From NCBI GenBank assembly GCA_002011165.2, contig MTMI02000001.1, positions 51,575-75,574 on the forward strand: DNA of 24,000 bases, given 5' to 3'. The stretch comes from Candidatus Mnemosynella biddleae (GTDB taxonomy: Archaea; Halobacteriota; Archaeoglobi; Mnemosynellales; Mnemosynellaceae). Below are positions 8,301-16,464 of this stretch, in pieces (positions within the stretch are counted from its first letter, which is position 1; each line of letters starts with the position of its first letter). The notes beneath the pieces were generated by a model. The model worked only from the letters and a program-made list of their open reading frames with translations. It had not been told where the DNA came from and did not search any database. A program made the position numbers and the translations under genes.

Positions 8301-8819
8301 GATTCTTTTTTTCAGTTCTTCTCTCTTCTGAGCGGTTGAAGCGTTTCCTCTGAAATTGTAAGCTAAAAGCGATTCTTCTGAAACTCCAAATGATAAGAGT
8401 CTTTCTGCACTTTGATTTACGAGCTGTTGAGTTGGAAAGATCAAATAGCTTTTCTTTCCTCTCTCTTCGTTGTATTTTGCAAGAATTAAACCGAAAGTAG
8501 TTTTTCCAACACCAGTGGGGGCCAAAAGGGCGAAACTCCTTCCTGAAAAATATTTGGATGCCCAGTTTTTCTGAATTGACGTTGGTTTTTCACCAAGGGT
8601 TTTTTCGAAGCATTCTTCAAACTCTTTAAGTTCTTCTCGAAACTCGCAAACCCTCTCAAAATCTCCAGAAATTCCTTTAAGTTCAATATATCTACAAATG
8701 TCACCTCTTTCAACTCTCTCCTCCACACATCTCTTACATAGAAGACCTTCAGATAACCTCTCGCTGGAGATTTCTCCTCCACAGTTCGGGCAGAGATGTA
8801 AAAATTCAGCAGGTATCAT
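5313..8819 (-). CDS. rgy: Reverse gyrase (helicase-like domain fused to type IA topoisomerase)
   Basis: 1168 aa. N-terminal zinc finger CPNCGG..CKRC. Helicase motifs APTGVGKTT, FIDDVD, STATS and QASGRTSR. TOPRIM motifs VVESPNKARTIA and DPDTEGE. Catalytic tyrosine motif ITYHRTDS. The ATG at 8819 overlaps the upstream gene's stop as ATGA. Confidence 0.97.
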   Translation of the reverse strand: MIPAEFLHLCPNCGGEISSERLSEGLLCKRCVEERVERGDICRYIELKGISGDFERVCEFREELKEFEECFEKTLGEKPTSIQKNWASKYFSGRSFALLAPTGVGKTTFGLILAKYNEERGKKSYLIFPTQQLVNQSAERLLSFGVSEESLLAYNFRGNASTAQKREELKKRISQGDFRILLTTTMFLYKNLEVIRGNDFKLIFIDDVDSIIKSSKRIDDVLVLLGFDEGIIEKAYELLRLRELRVRASEREQQSIAERIEEYEREIEEKKKRIKSRLIVSTATSRPKSKRVKLFRELLDFQVGQPVLNLRNVSDIYEISSEDKRKLWERSASLIPSLGSGGLIFLSSNSTIEELEEYVKFLNEYGVRAFPYYELDERIEEFKRGDAYPVGFASYRNPLARGVDLPQYVRYALFVGVPKMEFRVDVEEISPEIYLLLMILIPVLQKKGLLPEKELLKLQNDFEFLQRNLNRIHMLKEKERLSPQEKKIFERLSEISGKVRSILFREDVRNEIIRSDEISLKWKGEELRIITADVTGYIQASGRTSRFYRGGLSKGLAYILVDDQKALNSLKKKMRYYFEDVEFRRIDEVNIEEILEKVDEDRRKMKEKAERADFIKTAIIVVESPNKARTIANFFGRPFQRKIGDLTAYETVMDDLLVNIVYTKGHLLDLNKLIEYFGVRRENNLFIPIYEPIDEGRKGILEALRDISLEALTVYLATDPDTEGEKISFDVYLSLRPFNERLKRMEFHEVTKRAIRKALKSPRDISENLVKAQIVRRIADRWIGFIISQYLQRKLNNRNLSAGRVQTPVLEWIVRRTLECREKISIARIFFNGGFEDFEVDRRVELKKAKKIVFEELSKREESFIVAPLSTSQMIREASIHFGFSPQRTMEYAQNLFEKGLITYHRTDSIRVSEAGMNVAKEFIVENFGEKFFSPRSFSKEGAHECIRPTRNITPEELRILNVKNELGLKKEEILLYSLIFRIFMASQMKEARVEIRDFRVGVVDERGEVILEKRASYLTKILEEGCNRIIELKVQRIPESSEISDVKVFRRSKVKPYTYAEIIEEMREKGIGRPSTYAVVMEKLLERGYVVERNNYLFATKLAFRVLEVIKRNEKLYSFVREEYTRELEKQMDLIEEGILDYQEVLRELYEKLKEYFEELKGLKAEE

Positions 8820-9418
8820 GAGTCTTCAGATGCCTCTTTTAATAGATGAAGAAGCTCCGCTGGAGTTTTTATCTCCTCTGGAAGTTTTTCCAAGAGCTCT
8901 TCTACAGGCTTGCCCCTTATCAGTATTCCTTTGAGAGGATCTCTGAGATCCTCCTTTCTAACTGGAAAATCAAGACCCTTTATTTTATGAAGTACAACTC
9001 CAGCCCAGAGAATTCCAAGTTCTTCGAGCATCTCATCAGTCATGGAGGTTGTTCTTTCGAGTTCTCCTCTTTCTTTAAGCTTTATGTAAGCGAGTTTTGC
9101 AAGACCTCCTGCCTTATGCTCGCTTATTTCTCTCTCCTCTCCTTTAATGAGCTTTTTAACCTCTTCTGGGTCTGCTGATAGTATGTTCCTCACGCTTTGT
9201 TTGCTCATTCCGAGCTTTTCAGCAATTTCTTCCGCTGTTAATCCGGATTCTTCTCTATAAACTATAGCATAGCTTGCCTTAGCAAGACTTGGGAGCCATG
9301 TAAGATTTCTAAACTCCACGAGCTCCTTCAATCCCCCAACGATTTCTATTGCCTTTAAAAATACTCTTTCAGCAAGTTCGTCAACTTCAACCCCTTTAGC
9401 CTCCTTTATAACTTCCAT
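8816..9418 (-). CDS. Helix-turn-helix protein with a C-terminal DUF2795-like segment
   Basis: The ATG at 9418 is preceded by AGGGGTGGGAAAA (SD); the track start 9427 is GTG. HTH candidate: SGLTAEEIAEKLGMSKQSVRNIL. The C-terminal IKGLDFPVRKEDL....VEELLEKLPEEIKTPAELL fits the pattern I recall for DUF2795 (LKG..YPA.K.DL.....G......L..LPD..F.SPADV). The domain calls are from memory, not from a search. Confidence 0.8.
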   Translation of the reverse strand: MEVIKEAKGVEVDELAERVFLKAIEIVGGLKELVEFRNLTWLPSLAKASYAIVYREESGLTAEEIAEKLGMSKQSVRNILSADPEEVKKLIKGEEREISEHKAGGLAKLAYIKLKERGELERTTSMTDEMLEELGILWAGVVLHKIKGLDFPVRKEDLRDPLKGILIRGKPVEELLEKLPEEIKTPAELLHLLKEASEDS

Positions 9419-9430
9419 TTTTCCCACCCC

Positions 9431-10324
9431 TTAATCCTTCTCCTCTCTTTTCGCTATAAATTCCGAAAGTCTCTCTTTTATTTCTATAAGACCTTCTTCG
9501 GTGATCTCAAAAACATGCTCATCGGAATCGTGAGCTGCCATTCTGCATCCATCTATCCTCAGAGTTCTCAAAACACTTCCCAAAGGCATATGATATGTTC
9601 TCGCAACAGAAGGAGAAGCAATGATGATCTTGTTGAAGATTATAGTTCCATCGAGAATGTGAGCAACTGCAAGTCCTCCTGCAGCCTCTGGAGTATCAGC
9701 TTGATGACCTGACCTTTTCTGACTTATGAGAATAGCAGTGACCTTCATTTTCTTCAGAGTGTTATAAACTTCTCTAACGACCTGACGAGCCATCATCTCT
9801 TTGTTCTCATACAAACCAGTGATACTGTCTATGACAACGATCTTAGCATCTTTCTTTTTCACAGCATATTCTAGAGTGTCAAGAAAACTCCTAAGATTGT
9901 TTCTTAGAGACCAGCTTGAACTTGCATCCACCACGAGAGTATTTTCCTCGACTTTCTCGAAATCCATTCCCATTATTGAAGCTTTCTGTTTGAACTGAGT
10001 GTAGAGGAAATTTGCAGGAGTTTCAACAGTGCAGAAAACAACAGGATAGCCTCTTCCAGATTGATAAACCGAGAACTGTTGAGCAAAAAGACTCTTTCCT
10101 GTATCAGGCTGACCTACAACATTCATGATACTCAGATATGGAATTCCTCCAAGAGCTCTTTTCTTGATTTTCCCGTCTTCAACCTCTATTTTATAGAACA
10201 TTTCATCAAGTTTCATGCCTGTTGGAATTCCGTAAAGCTCGGGGGCAGATCTCTTCAGCTCCTTCAAGTTATGAACCACATTTTCCTGAACTCCCCCATC
10301 CCCGAAGAGTTCTCTATCTTCCAT
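9431..10324 (-). CDS. KaiC-like / RecA-superfamily ATPase (single domain)
   Basis: 297 aa. YGIPTGMKLDEMF...GGIPYLSIMNVVGQPDTGKS (Walker A) and AKIVVIDSITG (Walker B) resemble archaeal KaiC/Rad55-type ATPases (COG0467-like). ATG at 10324 with GAGGTTGGAG upstream. The stop lies 12 nt before the next gene. Confidence 0.85.
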   Translation of the reverse strand: MEDRELFGDGGVQENVVHNLKELKRSAPELYGIPTGMKLDEMFYKIEVEDGKIKKRALGGIPYLSIMNVVGQPDTGKSLFAQQFSVYQSGRGYPVVFCTVETPANFLYTQFKQKASIMGMDFEKVEENTLVVDASSSWSLRNNLRSFLDTLEYAVKKKDAKIVVIDSITGLYENKEMMARQVVREVYNTLKKMKVTAILISQKRSGHQADTPEAAGGLAVAHILDGTIIFNKIIIASPSVARTYHMPLGSVLRTLRIDGCRMAAHDSDEHVFEITEEGLIEIKERLSEFIAKREEKD

Positions 10325-10412
10325 TTCTCCAACCTCAGAATTAATTTTTAGATAAGTGGTTAAAAAGATTTGCGAGCAGATTTTTTCAATAAAGAGAGCA
10401 AAGAATTATTCT

Positions 10413-10952
10413 ATGAAACTGAGCAGAGGTAGATTTATATCGGTAATACCTAGACCGGTTGTAATTGTAACAACGATATCAGAGGAGGGAGAGGTAAATG
10501 CAGCTCCTTTCAGCTTTAACACACCCATGGCTTTCGAACCGCCTCTCTACGCAATTTCTTGCGATCCCGAACATGATACTTGGATGAACATCAAAGAGAC
10601 GGAAGAGTTTGTGGTAAATATCGCAGGAAGGACTCTCGGAAATTATCTGTGGATTCTCGAAAAGGATTATCCAAGAGGTGTTAATGAGCTCAAAGAAGCA
10701 GGATTAATAGAGGTTCCTTCCAAAAAAGTCAAACCTCCGAGGATAAAAGAGGCGGTTGCTTGGCTGGAATGTAAATTGCACTCCTCTCATGAGATTGGAG
10801 ATCATATCCTCATCGTAGGAGAGGTTGTTGAAGTAGAAGTGAAGGACGAATTCTTCGAAAATGTCATTAAAGCTGAGGAGATTCTCCTGCACATCACCGG
10901 AAGATTCTTCGCAGAAGGTGCTAAGATCACGGAATGCAGGAGAGCGAAGTAA
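10413..10952 (+). CDS. Flavin reductase-like (FMN-binding split-barrel, flavoredoxin-type) protein
   Basis: IPRPVVIVTTISEEGEVNAAPFSFNTPMAFEPPLYAISC....T..NI is the typical N-terminal pattern of flavin reductase-like domain proteins. I prefer the ATG at 10413 over the track's GTG at 10356, which would leave almost no divergent promoter space. Confidence 0.8.
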   Translation: MKLSRGRFISVIPRPVVIVTTISEEGEVNAAPFSFNTPMAFEPPLYAISCDPEHDTWMNIKETEEFVVNIAGRTLGNYLWILEKDYPRGVNELKEAGLIEVPSKKVKPPRIKEAVAWLECKLHSSHEIGDHILIVGEVVEVEVKDEFFENVIKAEEILLHITGRFFAEGAKITECRRAK

Positions 10953-10954
10953 AG

Positions 10955-10977
10955 CTTAAATATGTTCAATTATGCAC
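10955..10977 (+). promoter_or_regulatory. trpBA promoter box (TATA-like TTAAATAT plus TGTTCA), shared with the trpDEGF promoter
   Basis: CTTAAATATGTTCAATTATGCAC lies 41-63 nt upstream of the trpB ATG, which has the SD AAGGTGGAG at 11007-11015. The 13-mer TTAAATATGTTCA (10956-10968) recurs exactly upstream of trpD on the other strand. Confidence 0.5.
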
Positions 10978-11017
10978 AAATAATTACACCTATGTCTAAA
11001 TATGCGAAGGTGGAGAA

Positions 11018-12175
11018 ATGAAATTCGGAGAGTTCGGAGGAAGGTACGTTCCAGAAACGCTCATACCTCCCCTCGAGGAGCTTGAGAGTGCCTACAGAAA
11101 ACTGAAAAGTGATGAGGAATTTCAAAAAGAGCTCAATTGGTATTTGAAAAATTACGCTGGTCGTCCAACTCCACTTTATTTTGCAAAAAATCTCTCGGAG
11201 AAACTTGGAGGAGCAAAGATATATCTGAAGAGAGAGGATCTTCTCCACAGTGGAGCTCACAAAATAAACAACACTCTCGGCCAGGCGCTTTTAGCAAAAA
11301 AAATGGATAAGAAAAGGCTTATCGCAGAGACAGGAGCTGGACAGCATGGAGTTGCAACCGCAATAGCAGGAACTCTCTTTGGACTTGAGACGGAGATCTA
11401 TATGGGTGCTGAAGACGTTGAAAGACAGAAAACGAATGTTTTCAGAATGGAAATTCTTGGAGCCCACGTCATTCCTGTTGAAACTGGAAGCAGGACTCTG
11501 AAAGATGCAATAAACGAGGCCCTTAGAGACTGGGCCTCCAACTTCGAGACAACGCATTATCTAATAGGTTCTGTTGTTGGACCTCATCCCTATCCTACAA
11601 TTGTCAGAGATTTTCAATCAGTCATAGGAAAGGAAACGAAAGAGCAGATAATGGAAATAGAGGGAGGGCTCCCAGATGTGATAGTTGCATGTGTTGGAGG
11701 AGGGAGCAACGCAATGGGGATCTTCTATCCATTTCTTGAAGATGATGTTCAGCTTATTGGAGTTGAGGCTGGAGGGAGGGGTATTGATACAGAAGAGAAT
11801 TCTGCTTCGCTTATCAAAGGAGAGAAGGGAGTTCTCCATGGAATGCTCTCCTATTTCCTTCAGGATGAAGACGGTCAGATGAGGGACACGCACAGCATTG
11901 CAGCGGGATTGGATTACCCCGGAGTTGGTCCCGAGCATGCATATCTGAAGGACAGAGGAAGAGTGAAATACGTGAGTGTCACAGACGATGAGGCTTTAAG
12001 AGCTTTTCTGGAGTTCTCGAAGACCGAGGGTATTCTTCCCGCATTAGAATCCGCTCACGCTATTGCTCATGCGATGAAAATAGCGAAGGAAATGAAGAGA
12101 GACGATATCATTATTGTGAACCTTTCGGGAAGGGGAGATAAGGATCTGAAAATTGTCATGGAGGCTCTGAGATGA
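11018..12175 (+). CDS. trpB: Tryptophan synthase beta chain
   Basis: 385 aa. It has the PLP-lysine motif [17 protein letters not shown], and full-length similarity to the TrpB1 type. SD AAGGTGGAG lies upstream. Confidence 0.97.
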   Translation: MKFGEFGGRYVPETLIPPLEELESAYRKLKSDEEFQKELNWYLKNYAGRPTPLYFAKNLSEKLGGAKIYLKREDLLHSGAHKINNTLGQALLAKKMDKKRLIAETGAGQHGVATAIAGTLFGLETEIYMGAEDVERQKTNVFRMEILGAHVIPVETGSRTLKDAINEALRDWASNFETTHYLIGSVVGPHPYPTIVRDFQSVIGKETKEQIMEIEGGLPDVIVACVGGGSNAMGIFYPFLEDDVQLIGVEAGGRGIDTEENSASLIKGEKGVLHGMLSYFLQDEDGQMRDTHSIAAGLDYPGVGPEHAYLKDRGRVKYVSVTDDEALRAFLEFSKTEGILPALESAHAIAHAMKIAKEMKRDDIIIVNLSGRGDKDLKIVMEALR

Positions 12176-12921
12176 TTGAGAGAGCGCTGATAACCTATAT
12201 AACCGCAGGAGATCCAGATAAGGTAGCGACTCTTGAGTTTCTGCTGAGCATGGAGAAGTATGCGGATGTAATTGAACTCGGAATTCCCTTTAGTGATCCT
12301 ATGGCAGATGGAAAAACTATTCAAGAAGCAAATTTTAGAGCTCTGAAAAACGGTTTCAGAATGAAAGACGTTTTCGAGATAGTTCGATCTTTCAGAGATC
12401 ACTCTGAAAAACCACTCATACTCATGAGCTACTACAATCCTGTTTATCGAATGGGTTTTGAGAGATTCTTCAACAAAGCGAGATCTTCAGGCGTTTCTGC
12501 AACGATAATCGTGGATCTTCCCTTTGACGAAGCAGAAGAATACATTTCTCTTTCTGAGAAATATGGCATCGAGAGAGTTTTCCTTTCTGCTCCTAATACT
12601 CCAGAAGAGAGACTCAGAAGAGTGGACGAGCTTTCATCATTCATCTATCTTATCTCCCTTTACGGGGTTACAGGAGTGAGAAGAGAGTTATCTCCACTTG
12701 CTCTAGAAGCCCTGAAGAGAGTTAAGAGAATTTGCAGAAAACCAGTTGCAGTTGGTTTTGGAATCTCAACTAAAGAGCACGTGAGAGAGCTTTTAAAACA
12801 CGGAGCAGACGGAGTTGTGGTTGGGAGTGCAATCGTTGAGCTCATAGGAAAATACGGAAGGGAAGCATCTCCATTCATTGAAAAGAGGCTCAGAGAACTA
12901 AGAAGAGGATTAAAGGTTTGA
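12172..12921 (+). CDS. trpA: Tryptophan synthase alpha chain
   Basis: 249 aa. Its ATG overlaps the trpB stop (ATGA at 12172-12175). Motifs: [18 protein letters not shown] and [12 protein letters not shown]. Confidence 0.95.
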   Translation: MIERALITYITAGDPDKVATLEFLLSMEKYADVIELGIPFSDPMADGKTIQEANFRALKNGFRMKDVFEIVRSFRDHSEKPLILMSYYNPVYRMGFERFFNKARSSGVSATIIVDLPFDEAEEYISLSEKYGIERVFLSAPNTPEERLRRVDELSSFIYLISLYGVTGVRRELSPLALEALKRVKRICRKPVAVGFGISTKEHVRELLKHGADGVVVGSAIVELIGKYGREASPFIEKRLRELRRGLKV

Positions 12922-13557
12922 ATGCTCGTATTTGGAGACTTCTTCTATGAAAGCTCTTATGAGTTCCTCATCTTTTCTTCCATTTCTCTCAACTCCGCTC
13001 GAAACGTCAACACCGAGAGGATTTACAAATTGCAGAATCTTTCGAATGTTCTCGGGGGTTAAACCTCCAGCGAGAAAAACTCCATATTCCATTGCTATGA
13101 TCTTACTTATTCTGAGATCGTGGAGTGTTCCGCTCCCCCTTCCACTATCCAAGAGGATCGTATCCACCTCATAGGCATCTATCATTTCCACGAGTTTTTC
13201 TGCATCCTTCCACGGATCTTCACTCCTCAATGGGACTTCAAAAGCCTTCATAATGTAAACGTCGTATTCTTTCTTAAGCTTCTCCACTACCAAAGGCTCG
13301 ACTTCGGAATGAATCTGAATGAATTCTGCTTCTGATTTCTCTATTATCTCACTCCATTCCTCAAAACTTTTTTTCGTCGAAACAACAAACACAGGAATTT
13401 CAGCCTCTTCAATTATTCTTCTTGCTTCACTGATAGAGACCTTTCTCTTTGATTCTGCCTCAACAACCACCCCCGTAAATTCTGCAAATCTCTCAACGAT
13501 CTTCAGATCTCTTAAATCTCTGATTCCGCAGATTTTGACAAGAACCTTTCTTCCCAT
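12910..13557 (-). CDS. trpF: Phosphoribosylanthranilate isomerase
   Basis: 215 aa. VKICGI at the N-terminus, then GGL.PEN and GVDVSSGVE. The ATG at 13557 lies inside the 3' end of trpG. Confidence 0.9.
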   Translation of the reverse strand: MGRKVLVKICGIRDLRDLKIVERFAEFTGVVVEAESKRKVSISEARRIIEEAEIPVFVVSTKKSFEEWSEIIEKSEAEFIQIHSEVEPLVVEKLKKEYDVYIMKAFEVPLRSEDPWKDAEKLVEMIDAYEVDTILLDSGRGSGTLHDLRISKIIAMEYGVFLAGGLTPENIRKILQFVNPLGVDVSSGVERNGRKDEELIRAFIEEVSKYEHSNL

Positions 13558-14120
13558 AAAGAATCATTACATAATTCAACAAAGTTCTTTATAATCTTTA
13601 CTCCTTCTCTTCCCGTAAGGATGCTTTCAGGATGGAACTGAACACCTTCTATGAATTTCTCCTTGTGTCTTATCCCCATTATGATTCCATCCTCCGAAAT
13701 AGCTGTTATCTCGAAATTTTTCGGCATTTTAAGAATTCCAAGAGAATGATATCTTCCTGCTTTAAATGGGTTTCTCACATCTTTGAAAATAGATTTTCCA
13801 TCATGAGTTATTAGGCTCTCCTTTCCATGAACTGGCTTAAACTTTCCAACTTTTCCTCCGAAAACATGAGCTATAATCTGATGTCCCAAACAAACTCCGA
13901 GAACTGGAAATCCAAGCTTTACAATCTCAGGAGAGTTTCCAACATCTCTTCTAGTCTCTGGTGCTCCAGGACCGGGAGAGATGATGATTCCATCTGGTTT
14001 CTTCCTTTTCACTTCCATTACCTCTATCGTATTTCGTACAACCTCAACATCATCGAAGTAAGATGTGTAATCTGCAAGATTCCACACGAAAGAGTCGCGA
14101 TTATCCACTATCAAAATCAT
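13512..14120 (-). CDS. trpG: Anthranilate synthase component II (glutamine amidotransferase)
   Basis: ILIVDNRDSFVWNL, catalytic LGVCLGHQ and QFHPES. I prefer the ATG at 14120; the track start 14129 is TTG. The gene overlaps the trpE 3' end by 20 nt, and its C-terminal ~15 codons overlap the trpF start. Confidence 0.93.
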   Translation of the reverse strand: MILIVDNRDSFVWNLADYTSYFDDVEVVRNTIEVMEVKRKKPDGIIISPGPGAPETRRDVGNSPEIVKLGFPVLGVCLGHQIIAHVFGGKVGKFKPVHGKESLITHDGKSIFKDVRNPFKAGRYHSLGILKMPKNFEITAISEDGIIMGIRHKEKFIEGVQFHPESILTGREGVKIIKNFVELCNDSLWEERFLSKSAESEI

Positions 14121-15423
14121 CTTTCTCAACCTCGAGAACTTTTAAAACTGCATTCATCTTTCTTTCAGTCTCATAAAACTCTCTTTCAGGTTTTGAATCC
14201 ACAACTATTCCTGCTCCTGCACGAACTCTGCAAACGTCATCAATCTCCATCATTCTTATTGCAATCGCCATATCTGCGTATCCACTCATAGAGAAATATC
14301 CCACACAACCTCCGTAAACTCTTCTCCTTGACTTCTCAATAACGTCTATTAGCTCCATTGCCCTTATCTTAGGTGCTCCTGTGAGGGTTCCCGCAGGAAA
14401 AGCCGCTTCTATAGCCTCAAACATCGTAGCCCCTTCTCTCAACTCTCCAATAACTTCACTTTCTATGTGCTGAACGTGACTGTATTTCACAACGTCCATG
14501 AAAGTTCTTACGATGACGCTTCTAGATTTGCAAACCTTTCTAACATCATTTCTTGCCAAGTCAACAAGCATGATGTGTTCTGCTTTCTCTTTCTCATCCG
14601 AAAGCATCTTTTCCGTGATCTTCCTATCTTCCTCCTCGTTTTTCCCTCTCGGAGCGGTTCCTGCAATCGGATTGACTTTCATGATGTTCTTTTCAACCGA
14701 GGCAAGTGTCTCTGGAGATGCTCCAATGATCTTTTTCCCGAACTCTAGAAGAAACATGTAAGGACTTGGATTAACCTCTCTTAATTTTGAGTAAATCTCA
14801 AAAGGAGAAGCATCAGTCTCAATCTCGTATTCTCTCGATAGAACTATCTGAAAAACATCTCCAGCATAAATATGCTCCTTCCCTCTTTCAACCATTTCCA
14901 TGAACTTCTCCTTATCAGCATCACACCCCAAGATTTCAGAAGAGATTTCTCTCTTTAGAATTTTCACTTTTTTCGCTTTAGATACGATTTTATTCGCTTC
15001 CAAATTCTTTTCTGGAGATATAAAAAGGAGTTCATTGTTCAGATGATCGTAAACAAAGAAATGGCGATAAAATCCAAAGAAAGATGGTTCAAGAATTTCG
15101 CCTCCGATGTAGTTGTGGACTGTGTCGTAGCTGATATACCCAACGAAGCCACCATAGAATCTTTCTCCGCTCCTATACTCTTCAAAGTCCTGAATCTCTT
15201 TAAGAGCTCTGAAAACGTTTCTTTCTTTGGATTTTCTTTTACCATTTATTTTCGTTCCTTTTTCGTCAACTTCAATTGTGAACTCTGGAGAGAAGGAGAT
15301 ATAAGTATATCTTGCTTTCTTTTCATGTTTCGTTCTGGATTCAAGCATGAAAGGATTGTCAAATTCTCTGATGACAAAATATAGTTTGAGTGGGTCCACT
15401 AACTCAAGTTTTTCGACGTGCAA
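14101..15423 (-). CDS. trpE: Anthranilate synthase component I
   Basis: 440 aa with chorismate-binding-domain motifs (SPYMF, LTGAPKIRAMELI, YGG.VGY). The only plausible start is TTG at 15423, preceded by TTGGAGGAAATAAT (GGAGG, 7-nt spacer). It overlaps the trpD 3' end by 25 nt. Confidence 0.95.
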   Translation of the reverse strand: MHVEKLELVDPLKLYFVIREFDNPFMLESRTKHEKKARYTYISFSPEFTIEVDEKGTKINGKRKSKERNVFRALKEIQDFEEYRSGERFYGGFVGYISYDTVHNYIGGEILEPSFFGFYRHFFVYDHLNNELLFISPEKNLEANKIVSKAKKVKILKREISSEILGCDADKEKFMEMVERGKEHIYAGDVFQIVLSREYEIETDASPFEIYSKLREVNPSPYMFLLEFGKKIIGASPETLASVEKNIMKVNPIAGTAPRGKNEEEDRKITEKMLSDEKEKAEHIMLVDLARNDVRKVCKSRSVIVRTFMDVVKYSHVQHIESEVIGELREGATMFEAIEAAFPAGTLTGAPKIRAMELIDVIEKSRRRVYGGCVGYFSMSGYADMAIAIRMMEIDDVCRVRAGAGIVVDSKPEREFYETERKMNAVLKVLEVEKDDFDSG

Positions 15424-16376
15424 ATTATTTCCTCCAATTTTTTGATGGCTTTCCCACTCTCAACGCACTCTTCAATAATCTCCCTGCATTCTTTCAGATC
15501 CCGCGGTTCAACAGAGAAGAGAGCCATCGAAGCATTCATCAAAACAAAGGTATGATCTTCAGGGAGACCTTCTCCAGAGAGAGTCATTTTCAACCTCTTA
15601 GCACTTTCTTCAGGAGAATTGCAAGTAAGAATTCTCACCTCTTTCATTCCGAAATCTTCGGGGGTTATTTCATATTTCTCAATCCTTCCGTCAATCTCCG
15701 CAACAAGAGTTTTTCCCCTCGGATTGACTTCATCCAGAGGATAACCGTGCACTACAACTGCTCTTTTCACTCCAAGAATTTGAAGCGCTTCTGAAACTTT
15801 ATCCACAAGCTCCTCAGAGCTGACTCCGATGAGCTGATGAGATGGATTGGCAGGATTGGAAAGTGGACCAAGAATGTTGAAAACTGTTCTTATGTGTAGA
15901 GCTCTTCTCACAGGCATAATTTTCTTGAGTTTTACATGATATTTTGGAGCAAAAAGAAAAGAAAAGTTTGTTCTCTCGACCATTTTTATTACTTCCTCTC
16001 TTTCGAGTTCCACTTTAAAGCCGAGTGCTCTCAAAACGTCTGCAGATCCGCTTCTGGAAGTAATTGAAGTATTTCCGTGTTTTGCAACCTTTCTGAAACA
16101 TGAGAGGATAATAGCGGATGCGGTGCTCACGTTTATTGTTTTGGCTCTGTCACCCCCTGTTCCGCATGTGTCGCAAGTGTTTCTAAGAGGGACTTCTATT
16201 GCATTTTTTCTCATTGCTTTTGCAAAGCCAGCAAGCTCCTCAGATGTTACCCCCTTTGTTTCCAGTGCAGCAAGAGTTGCGGCAATTCTGAGTTCTTCCT
16301 CTTCTAAAAGCTTGTTAAACAACTCATAAGCTTCCTCCACGCTCAGATTCCTTCTCTGTACAATTTCTTCGAGCAT
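15399..16376 (-). CDS. trpD: Anthranilate phosphoribosyltransferase
   Basis: CDTCGTGGD, VAKHGN.S..S.SGSADVL and NPA motifs. The ATG at 16376 is preceded by GGGTGATAGTG (SD). The track start 16415 is an upstream TTG inside the promoter region. Confidence 0.93.
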   Translation of the reverse strand: MLEEIVQRRNLSVEEAYELFNKLLEEEELRIAATLAALETKGVTSEELAGFAKAMRKNAIEVPLRNTCDTCGTGGDRAKTINVSTASAIILSCFRKVAKHGNTSITSRSGSADVLRALGFKVELEREEVIKMVERTNFSFLFAPKYHVKLKKIMPVRRALHIRTVFNILGPLSNPANPSHQLIGVSSEELVDKVSEALQILGVKRAVVVHGYPLDEVNPRGKTLVAEIDGRIEKYEITPEDFGMKEVRILTCNSPEESAKRLKMTLSGEGLPEDHTFVLMNASMALFSVEPRDLKECREIIEECVESGKAIKKLEEIICTSKNLS

Positions 16377-16402
16377 CACTATCACCCATGCAATTAATTG
16401 AT

Positions 16403-16464
16403 CTTTATTGAACAATTTTATACATTTAAGTAAAAATAAGTGAGATTATGAACATATTTAAACC
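16403..16464 (-). promoter_or_regulatory. trpDEGF promoter region with two TTAAAT..TGTTCA boxes
   Basis: Minus strand, distal box: GGTTTAAATATGTTCATAATCTCAC (~16464-16440). It contains the same 13-mer TTAAATATGTTCA as the trpB promoter. Proximal box: CTTAAATGTATAAAATTGTTCAATAAAG (~16430-16403). Confidence 0.45.
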
